Source: a virus
Lineage: Duplodnaviria; Caudoviricetes
Length of the DNA: 64,000 nucleotides
Virus record (IMG/VR): IMGVR_UViG_3300028197_001183
Coordinates: 27,220 to 91,219 of that record
Strand: one strand, 5' to 3'
Under the pieces are notes generated by a model that did not search any database, was not told where the DNA came from, and worked only from the letters and a program-made list of their open reading frames with translations. Within the stretch, counting starts at the first letter, position 1, and every line of letters starts with the position of its first letter. This document shows positions 40,901 to 52,900 of this stretch, one piece after another. A program made the translations under genes and the position numbers.

Positions 40901-43900
40901 GATTGCCTGGAAGGACAAGTGCATTGCCTTATCGATAGCAGTCAGAGATTCTGCATACTCACCGATTAGACCGTTAGCAATAGGTGCTCCAGCAGCATCG
41001 AAATACTTCTTAGTGAATTCGATGATGTTGTAGTTACCACCCTGAGAAACGTCTTCTGCCAAAGCATCGATCATCAGACCGATGTCACGACGACACTTGA
41101 TTTGACCAGGAGAATAAGATCCAAGGCTCTCATCAGGAAGGTCAACCAGCGTGCCATTCAGCAGAGTCTCATCAACCACATCATAGAGAGTGGTGATTGC
41201 TGCTTGGACATCTGTGCAGTTGTCAGTGCCATTGTTAGACTGGTTAGCACCGTTAGTGCCATAAGGATCGTTGGGTGATGGATCAGCAGTAATACCGTTG
41301 CCATCATAACCACCATGATCTACTTCACTCCAAGGGACATATGTAATACCTGCATTAGGTTGACCAGATGGTGCTGTGAAACTATTAGTCAGATTGTTGA
41401 CGATTGCCAACTTCATCATGTCTTTTGCTTTTTCAAATCCATAACGAGTCTCAGCAGACTCATTGTTGACATACACAAAGTTGCCACTTACATCAAAATA
41501 CTTGGCGCAAAGTTTACGAGTATAGACGTTACCACCACGGAAGATATCGATAGAAATTGCATCGATATACAACTCAAGGTCACGAATGCACTTATTAGGA
41601 TCAGGTACTGTGAGTGACGTATATTGCGTCATCATCTCATCGTATGCCTTATTAGCAATGTATGACTTATTTTTTTGAATCAAACGATATGCATCAGAAT
41701 ACCTACTCCAGGAGTTGGTAATAATATCACCAGGGAAGTAGAATCTGGGGTGCTTGACAGCAATTTCTGCTTCAGCAAAATCAACGATTTGATCTTTGTT
41801 GCCAAGGATCATTGCCGAAGCATCTTTGAATCTGTTGGTAGCAACACCATGGAAAACCGAGACTGGGTTACCGTAGTTTGCTCTGTTGTTAATAACAATA
41901 TCGCCTTCAGAGAATGCCCCACCTGTTAATTGGGTGTATTCAACTTCAGTATTTCTAACTTCTTCAAAGTCAAGGAAGTCTGCATTAATTCTGTTAGCGG
42001 CGTTGTAAATCTCAGTAGGTGTAATAGAAGATTGTGAAATGTTATCGATAATAACATTAGGATTAGTAATACTAACCAAACGCTCAAACAGCAGACCATA
42101 GAATGTAGATCCTGGGTTGATGATCAACTCATCAACAGCATCGGAGGTTGCGGGGTCAATATAAGGAGAGATATTTGTAATCTGACCAGCAATCTTAGAG
42201 GATGCTGAGTAAACAAACTCATTCAATCTCAGATCAAATATACCAGTCTCAAACTGTGCAGTACCTGAAGTCTTACTTACAACCAGTGAATCAGTAACAC
42301 CACCCTGAGGATCAATATTAGTTTCTTCAATAATAGCAGTGTCGCCTTCAAGGTTAGTGATGGACTCACCAAACTGGAAGATAGTATTGCTATTGATAAG
42401 AGTAACACTCTCAATAAGTCCAGAGAAGAGGGTGCCACGGACAATCTCTTCATTCAGATTAAATGTGCCACCAACCAAGTTGATAACATCAATAGTAGTT
42501 GTGCCAGAATCGATAACAGTGGCAATAACATCACTATCTGCACCTTGCACTTGTTGTCCAAGTGTTGGGAAGATTCCGAAGTTTGCCACCCCTGCCTGAC
42601 CAGAATACAATTGAATTCTGTAAATTGGTGTAGGAGTAACTGATAGAGATCTATAGTTAACTCTAGATGCTGGTTTTGGAGGCTCACTGAATACAATGTT
42701 TCCACCAACGATGGTGTATGAGACGCCAGGTGCCTGAATCACACCGTTGATAGTGATCAACAACTGATTCTGTTGGACGATAACCTGTCCACCTTCTACA
42801 GTAATTGGGAATTGCTTATCAATACCGTTAAACTGAGGTGAAATATCATCAAGTTTCTTCACGATAGAGGTCAAGATTTCCTCAGAGGAAGTCAAACGCT
42901 TTTTACGGAAGAGGACTTCAGTATTGTTGTAATCGGTGTAAATTGGTTGTGCTGCACCGAAAGATGTGATCTGGTTGACGTTGGAGTAGTTATTAATGTT
43001 AACTTCCTTCGTAAACTCAGTACCAACCTTTCTACCCGAAACATCCTTACCACCAACGATCTGCAACTGTCCAAACAGTTGGAATCCCGCAGGGTGGTTG
43101 TTTTCAAGGATTTGAGTCTTCCATTTTGTGATGGGGATCTCAGACTTAACAACGTAAGAGAAGTTTTGGTAGAAGAAGGAATCTTGAATTTTTTGGACAA
43201 TTTCGGAAGGTTTACCGACGTTATCGATAAACTTACCAGGAGTCCTTGTCAAAGATCCAATATTTAACACACCACGAGCAATACTCAGGTTATCGATGAC
43301 ACCAGACGCTTTGGAAATAGATCCAGTGACTTTTTCGCCAACTTTCCAATCTCCATCATAATCAACGATCTTGAGGATCTTAGGACCGATTTGCCAACCA
43401 GTATTAGTAGAAACCTTACCAGTTGCACTTGCAAGCTCAACTGCACTACCTTGGAAGACTTGCTCGCCTTCAAGGAAACGAGAGGTCGCAACAACTGCTT
43501 CTGCTCTACCACCAAAGACTTCGGTGAGTAATACTTGACGACCAGTGCCTTGTGTCAAGAATGTGATGTAATCACCTGCTTGTGCTGACTGTAAAGTCAG
43601 TCCAAAGCGGATTTGATCAGATTCAAGTGAATTTGATTGACCAGCAATCGCATAATAGATTTGTCCTGCAATCAAAGAGGTCAAACCTGCGCTGGATGGT
43701 TTAGGTAAAACACCATCAGTGCTACCTACACTTTCAGCACGGAATTGAATTTCTGCACCAGTTGTAATACCGTGAGGGAAGTTAAACTGCAGATAGTTGA
43801 GGTCGAGGTTAACAACGTAGTTAAACTCAGACTTCAGCGTAACTGAGGGCTCCGAAGAGTATCCAGCACCAGGATTCTTGATAATAATTTCATTGAGTCG

Positions 43901-46900
43901 ATTATTCTTGATAACTGCGACTGCATCGGCACCAATACCGCCACCACCGTCAATAACAACTGCAGGAGTCGATGTATAACCAGCACCAGGATCTACAATC
44001 TTGATTTCTGAAAGAATCGACGTATTGAAGAGTTGGAGGTTAACGGGGAAGGTAATTTCAGGTTTCAGGGTATAATCGTGAGAATATCCGAAACCAAACT
44101 CATTATTCTTAAGTCTCTTAATCTTACCAATGTTTCTACCTGTCAGGAAGACGGATGCACCACTACCTTCGCTAGGAATGTTAACACTAACAGATCCACC
44201 AGATCCAGACAGTGTGGGACCAAGAATACCAGTAATAGCATCAATATCTACGCTAGCAGTGGTATAACCTTTACCTGGGTCTGCAACTGCAACCGAAGCA
44301 AGAGCACCTGATCCAGTTTCATCATCTAGGAGGACTGTAACGGTAACTTTACCGCCTTCACCGTCTCCAGCAACAGGAACGTCATAGTAAACGCCAGGTG
44401 CATATTCTGTGCCACCATCAACGACAACAACTTTCTCAATTTGACGGAAGGATGCAATATCTGAGATAATTGGTAGTTTCTTATAGAATCCACCAGGAGA
44501 AACCAGTTTGATGCTGTTAATAGGACCAACTGCTCTAGTAGAGGTTGTAGAGTAGAAAGAATACTCCTGTCCTTGATCATTAGATCCGATCTCAGCGTTA
44601 CTACGCTCAGGTTCTCTAAAGAGTGGGAATTTGAATTCAGTATCACTTACAATTTCACTAATTGTAAATCTACCTTGGTATGGAGTTGTGATAACGTCAA
44701 CATATGAGTTTTCTCCAACTGGTGAGTTATCCCCAGTCCTAGATGGGTCAAAGTAGTATGAAATGTTAGTAACATCGCCAAGCACCAAGAATTTAACGAA
44801 TGGATTACTTGCACCTGCACCTGCAATACCAGGAGTGCCATCTCTAACAGTATTGTTGAAGGAATATTCCAGTTTATACTGGTTATCCTGAGAGAATGAC
44901 ATGTAATACCCGAAGTTGGAAACATCGCTAACATCGAAGTTATACTGATGATTTCTAGTGAAAATCAGAGTAGGATGTTTAGCATAGATGTTGACGTTTG
45001 CAATTCCATTGTTTACAAACGTTGGATCGGACACTGCGGTGTCTCTAATTCCAAATGTGAATTCTCTAGATCCAATAACATCATCGATGAAGAATGATCC
45101 GTTAAATTGATTGCCAGAGAATCCTTCAGTAAAGATAATCTCGGCTTCTTTATAGAAGTGTGGAGAATTAGATGTGCAATAGACCTTATCAGTTCTAGTA
45201 CTGCTAGCAAGAAGAATATCTTTTTCAAGACGTGCAGTAACACGAATCTTCTTAACAGATGCAAAACCAGAGATCTCTACAGACTTCTCATCTGCTGCTA
45301 GAGTGATGTTTCCAGTATTAACGCTAACAACATCATTAGGAATGAAGTTTGATCCAGGTTGGACTTCTAAGATCTCGATACTATAGTTGTTACCTTGATT
45401 GTAAGGCATCAAACGGGTATACAGACTGATTGCCTCGATAGTTTCAACGAAAGACCAAGTAACAGTGCCATCAGACACATCACCAGTGGTATGTGTAGGA
45501 GGAGTAGGCGTAGTAACACCACCGCCACCAACAGCAACCTGATAAACGTTGAGTTTATACCACACACGCTGACCAACAGCATATAGACGATGTGGCAACC
45601 ACTCAGGCATATCCAGACCAGTATATTGAGGTCTAGGGAAAGGATGCTCAGTCAGATCAAGAGTAAACTTACCTGCGTCATCGATGAATGACCAGTTAAT
45701 AACACCATCGGAAACAACACCATTGTTGTGCTGAGGTGAAATAGTGCCAGATGTGCCAGCACCCTGTGCTTCATAGATTCTCTTCTGATTGTAAACACGA
45801 TCGCCTTGTGCATATGCAGTTGATGCTGCCCAAGGGGATTCCTCTTCAATAGTATCGAAGTATGTACCTTCAATCTGGTTAATATCTCCACCAGGAGTTG
45901 TAGTGCGGAATCTATCAGTAGTATTAAATGTACCGTAAGTCTTACCAATTCTATACTTGGTGCCAACGCCAGGATTCAGTAGAGTGCCTGCAGGGACCTC
46001 AGTAATGGTTGCAAATGCAGTTGTAGTGCCAACATTATTAAACTGCTGCAGAATCGAATACTGAGTAAGTTTGATTGGTTGGGTAAATGTAAACTCTTGG
46101 ACGTTATCAACCTTCTGATACAGAGCATCTCTGATATAGAATTTGGGGATAACATCAGCAGAGATAATTAATCTCTTACCACGAGGTGATGGGATGGTAG
46201 AAGTCTTAGATGCATACTGATCATATGCTGAAGATAGTGTATATGTACCAGGGTTTAACGTGGAGAAAGTCTGGGACATGTCCAGAATTTGCAGACCACC
46301 AGGACCCTCTAACCATGGAGAAATTGCACCAGGACTAATAGATGTCCAATTCATACCGATTACATGATCGGTGAATGCAATAGTGCTGTACTTGTTAAGA
46401 CCAGTTAAGGTATAGGATGCACGTTGGGTATGTGCTCTATCAAACTTGATCAGTGCAATATCAGAGTTAGATGTCGTGATTGCAATTTCAGCAGTGGGCA
46501 CAGTATAAGAAGTGCCAGAATATGGAGCAACATCATCGAGCACGAAGTCGTCGATGTTACCACGGAAACTATTTGCAGTTGTTGGGGCACTGACAGGACC
46601 ACAGATAACAACGTCATCAAGAGCAACATCAGTAGTGCTCTGATAAGTGATCTGTTGGTTACCGCCAATGAATACCTCATAACGATACAGACCCAAAGAT
46701 TCTTGACGTTTCTGGAAAGTAACATGGACCCATGCACCAGAAGCAAAGGCATCCCAGTTGGTTGCAGCAACAGAAGAAGCAACCTGAGTGCCATTCAAGT
46801 AAAGAATAACCTTCTGATAATCAGGATCGGTATTATCACCTTTAATTGTTACCGTAATGCCGTTGGTATTAGTTGCATCATTTACATGAAGCAGTGTGGG

Positions 46901-49900
46901 CTCATGAGCAGTACTCCATACTGTCGTATTCATGGACATCCACATTCTGCCACTCCACTCAAGTGGTTGTAAACCTAAGTTGGCAATGGTGATAGGTGCA
47001 ACATCATTAAATTTTAGCGATCCGCCATCAAACTTGTAAACAGCAGCATCGTGAATAATATCAGACTGACTGAAGTAGTTGTATGTGCCAAGATCTTGCT
47101 TGGTGGTATCTTCTACAGGATTTGCATTGTTGCCCATTCTCCAAGAGACGAGCTGATCAGATTTCTGACGGTTGACAGCAAGAATAGTATCACCAGAGTT
47201 ATCCAGAGCATGAGTAGTTGCTTGGAAACCGATGTTTGCAGTATCATCAACTTTAGTCTGATATAACAGGGTGCCATCATACTTCATATAAGAGATAACT
47301 GAATATCTCTGATTCTGGGATTCAATAACATCAGAAACTAGAGTGTAGTTACCCCATTGATCATATGAGATACCTGCATGATGCATTTCAAGGAAATCAC
47401 CAGTAGTAGTAACAGTCTTACTCCAGTCCCAAGTGGTTTGTGCAGTAGAAAGAAGGAATTTGTTAATCTGGATCTTATCGTACTTAGATGCTGCAGAGTT
47501 GAAGATGTCCCAAGCAACAATAATTGCACCATAGTCATCCATAACCATTGTTGGGTTTACAACACGTCCACCCACCGTAGGAATCTGCTTGATCCAATCC
47601 ATCTCAACGTTTGCACCGTCATAGAAGAATTCACCGAAGATCAAGTCATCATTTTGGTCGTTAACGCCAATAAAGAAGAATCTATCATCGGAGATCATCA
47701 TGATCTGATGCATTTTCTCAGAATCATCCTGAGATGCAACCTTACGTTTCTCGACCAGATCACCTTCAATGCCACACTGAATGATCCACATATCATCGGG
47801 ATCAACAGAGTTAGTATCAGTGTAACCACAAAGGTAGATACGTTGTGCCTGATCAAGAGCGATAGAAGTTACATAGTCTCTTCTGGTGCTACCAGAGATA
47901 CCAGCGATTGCTCTCTGCCACTGTAGGATACCGTCAGGATTGTTTGCATTATTGAATCCAGACTCATATAAACCTAACCAGATGTCTGGGTTGTAGACAT
48001 CGTTGTCAGGATTCTTTGTTTGGCCTGTAACATATATGAGGTCGTTTTCTGGAGTGTCATTCACTACCATCTTGAGGAATTCAGCCCTCTTCTGGTTAGC
48101 ATTAATAGGAATGAGAGTTCTCTCCCAGATCTTCTGACCCAAGTCATCAAACTTGGCAAGGAAACCAGACTCATCACCATCTGTCTCAGTAATCTTACCG
48201 CAAATATAAGTATAGCGTTGTGAGGTGACCTTGATATCATTAACGTTAATGATACCAGTTGCTTCCATATATTCGCTCAACCAGTAGCGAGTCTTCTTAT
48301 ACTGCTGTGGGTGAGAGACACGAATTTGGGGAGGATCTGCAGGATCATAACCATTACCCGAGTTGATAATGTCAACTCTGCTGATCTGACCTGTATTTTG
48401 TAGAACAATTTCAAGTTGACCATCCTGACCAGCAGATGTGATCAATTCAAACGTAGGAGGAATATCTTCATTATAACCAACACCACTCTGAGTTACATTG
48501 ATACGCTCAATGCCAGACACAACTTTAACTTTGAAGTTTTTGTTAGTGTTGTCAATAACAGGGGAAGAGTTGAGAATCAACTCATCTTGCTGGCGCAAGT
48601 CATGGTTAGCTGATGTAGTAATCACACCATATGGACGATCGCCAATGATCTCCTTACTGTATGATTGGATGATTTGACCCTTAACAGATTCGATGAATGC
48701 TGAAGCACCGAAACCACCAGTATCTCCATCATCAAAGAAGATGGTATCATTAACCTGATAGGACTCACCTGGATTCTCAATAACAAAACCATCAATCTGA
48801 GCATCCTCAAACTGAGTGGTTGTCTCAACTTCGATGTCAACTCTAGACTCTTCAGAGACTTTAGGGAAGTAATCATAGATTTGTAGAGTTGCCTCTTCAG
48901 ACATCTCAAGGATTTCTTGCTGCTCATTGGCATCAATGATTCCGTCGTTATTACTATCCTGCACCTCAAAGATAAGAGGATATCCTTCGATCTCAGTCGT
49001 CAGGACATCTGCTTCTTGGTTAGGTTGACGATCAACATCAATATCAACGTTGACATAAGGATCTCTATATCTTACAACATTTTGTGGAATATTTTCCTGA
49101 GTTGCACCTTGGGCAAAATTCCAACTATCGGGTAGAGAGTTAAACTGTGGACCGAGGATATATGGGAATTCTGCAATACCTGCTTCCGATGCATCAATAG
49201 TAATAAAGTATGCATAGGTGCCATTAGGATATTGTGGCGACTTACAGAAACGACCGTTGTAGTTGTCAAGGTCACCAGACTGGAAGTCATACTCATAATC
49301 AGCAACAAACGATCCTGCAGGATATGTTGCTAAAGAAGGTCCATCAATACGAGCAGGATTTGGATTAGTTGCTAAGTCATATACAACGTTATCTTTTAGT
49401 TTATATGAAGTGCGAAGTCTTCTGACTCCGCTGTTCTGGTCAGTTGGGTCAATGTAACCATAGGGACCGTAGATTGGGTTACCATCATACGCCCAACCCA
49501 AAATAGGAGAGTGCTCATAGTTTGATGCTACTTCTTGGAATTGTTGTGTAACCGCATTAAGGAAGACGTTATCGCCAACCACATAGCGGAGTTCTTTAGG
49601 ATCACTAACGTGGGCATATTCACCACCAAACTGATTATTCAGACCAGTAAAGACGTATCCTCTTGCCCCATCATATTTGGTACTAAGATCATATTGGAGG
49701 TTTTTATTCCACTCAAAAACTTGTGGAGTAAACTCTGCAAAGTCACCAACAGACTCAAGTCTGACAGTAGTAAGACCTTGGGTATATCCAATACCTCTGT
49801 TAGTGAGTACAACGCTAAGGACTCTGCCCTTATCTTCACCAATAGTGCCAATGACTGCTCTTGCAATAGCACCAAAACCATCACCATTGATGATAATTGT

Positions 49901-52900
49901 GGGAGCAGTAGTATAACCACTACCAGAGTTAATAATAGCAATAGAAACAATACGACCATTGATAACAATGGGTTGTGCCAAAGCACCTTCACCAGAGTTA
50001 ACTCGGATTGTAGGCAACGCTGTATAACCACTACCAGCAGCAGTAATGCTAACAGTTTGGATAGGACCACGGACGTTTGCATTTGCTGTAGCACCTGTAC
50101 CGCCACCACCAGTAACTGAAATACTAGGTTGTGAAGTATATCCAGATCCTGGTTGCTCAACCAGAATTCTAGTGACACGACCACCAGTTACGATAGCTTG
50201 TGCAGTTGCTCCAATACCACCACCACCAACGATAGAGACTAGAGGAGATTCTATATATCCACTACCTTCTGCAGTAACGTCAAGTGAAGTCAGACTACCG
50301 TTAACAACAACTTCGCCAGTAGCACCTGTACCGCCACCACCAGTAATTTCCAGAGCAGGTTTGGATCCTGCATCATAATCCTGACCAGTGTTGGTAACTG
50401 TGATACCAGTCAGAGGACCAAATCTAACAAAGTCGCCAGACTTGTATGCCCAGATAGAAACACCATTTACCCAAGCACCAATCGAGCTCCCAGCTGAGAT
50501 GTTTTGACGCTCAGAGATCGTTTGGACTAAACGAGGGAGACGGATTAGTTTACGTTGGTTACCAGGAATCAGTGCCGATCCTGTGAAAGGACCAACCTTA
50601 TAATTGGGTAGACCAGAGGAAGCAATATAAACATACTCATCATTAAAGAATGAGTTTTGGATATTTGTTGTAAATTCACTAACAACACTGTTAATAGAAG
50701 TTATATCAGACTTACCTCTATTAAGGTCCACAGAGAGAAGAATGTTACCCTCAGGAATGATCTCTGTAGGAGTATTAATCTGGTATGTGAATTGCAGGGT
50801 ATCAATACGAGAAGTGACAGTGAAAGTGCCGTTGAATACAACAGGGTTTGCACCATAAATCGTCACCTGATCTGATACTAAGAGACCATGTGGATTAGTA
50901 CAAACAACAGTAGCAGTCTGGTTATTAACACCACCAGGAGTAACAGTATCAACTTGAATAAGTTTCTTAACGTTATACAACCAAGAGGATAGTCTCTCAT
51001 CTTCAGAAGAAGATCCGAGCTTAGCAACCTTAAGTTTGTCACCTTGTAGATAGTAAGATCCAGTATCATCTAGGATCGTTGTACCTGCTTCTGCAATACC
51101 AAGCACTCTGAGTTTACACTCAGTATCGGTATCCTTGTTGACATACACAAAGATATCAGAGTGGACAATAGTACCAGGATCCCAATCTTCTACAACACCA
51201 TTCTGAGATCTGGTGCATTCGATAAACTGGTTAAGTGATTTCTCTTTATACTGTGCAATCTCTTGATCGTTGATACGAATGGTGCCGTTTCTTTCTGGCC
51301 ATCCAATCGTGGAGTCAACGGTAATAATCTGACCGTCAGTAGCCAGGGGCTCAACTAGAGTAGTCTTATAAGGGATAATGAAACTACCACTTAGAGTCTC
51401 TTCGGAAATTGCTAATTCATAGATGGTGTCCTTACCTTCGATGATGGTAATGACGTTTTCAATCAGAGCATTTGCTGCCTTAACACTAAGATCGACAGGA
51501 TCAGTATACTGAATAAGTTGAGAGTCGATGAGATTAGCAGGATTACCTGAAATCAATTCAGCACGCAACACTGTGTCAACAACCCATGTTGCAGCAGATG
51601 GAGCGATGATCTCATCTCTAGGATAGTAGATCTCCACCTGCTCGCCAAACATGATCTTAAACAGATACTGTGTGGAAAGCTCAGTACCTTTACTGATGTA
51701 AAAATCAGTGATGCTTTTAATAACTTGGACTGGATTAATTGAAGAATAATCAATCTCAATAGTAGGAAGATACTGTCTTCTAAACTTATCAAAGACCTCT
51801 CTAATAAACAGAGAGTCTAGGTTAATAACCGTAGATGATCCAGGGTGAGTAGACTGACGCAGTGCTGCCTCACCAGCATAGATCTCATTATGGAGGTTGT
51901 CATATCCAATAGCACCAGATACACCACGACTACACTCAAGGAATGCAGAGGGAGAATAACCAGCACCTCTTTCAATAATTTCATAACCAGTCAGTTCGTT
52001 GAAACCAACAGCAACAGATGCTCTTGCAGATTTAGGCTCAGCAATGTAAATCTTAGGAGGCTCTGCTTCAGAATATCCAGTACCGAAGTTGGTAATGTTG
52101 ATATCAGTGATCTGTCCATTAAAGATGGTTGCTGCAGCAGTTGCTCCTGTGCCACCAATAGGATCGCCATAAGGATCCTTTCTATCGTCAACAATATACA
52201 CAGAAGGGGCATCGGTATAACCGTTGCCACCTGTTAGCATTTCGATGTTGGTGACGTTACCAGATGCAACAGTAACATCGAGAACCTGAGCACCAATAGG
52301 TTGAATAATCCTTGCTCTAGGTGGGGTTACATACCCTCTACCTCTATTTGTAATTACGATCTCGTAAACTTGACCGTCTTGATTGATTCTGGAAATTGCC
52401 TGAGCATTAATACCGCCTGCAGGTGCAGGATCCAGATAAACAATAGGAGGATTGCTGTAGTTAAGACCAAAATCTTCGACAACAATACTATTAATGTTTA
52501 CACGACCTTCACTATCAATCGTTGGTTGACCGATTTTACAACCACCAGGATTGACGAAAGAAATAGCAGGGATAAAGTCATATCCACTACCAGAATTCAT
52601 AATAGTCAGACTATCAACCTGACCAGTTTCATCATTTACGGTTAGGGCAACCTTTGCCAGTGTACCACCTGTAGGAGCGCCTACAAGAGCAAGAGGAGGG
52701 TTGTATGACGTGTAACCTTGTCCACCATCAATTAGGTTGATATTCTTGATACCACTAACCAAAGTTTTGGCAGTTGCACCTACACCTTCACTGTGCTGGA
52801 TTGAAACTTTAGGTTCAAAGTCCAGTCTATAACCACTACCACCAGTTTTAGGAATCAGACGGTCAACTTGACCAACTGCATCAACGGAGACAATTGCAGA

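Noticed and set aside
49700-52900. Many GxGY...P.V.I.GGGG.GA repeats as a novel repeat system
   Set aside because: This is a common repeat of cyanomyovirus baseplate proteins, also present in g8 and the 627-aa ORF.
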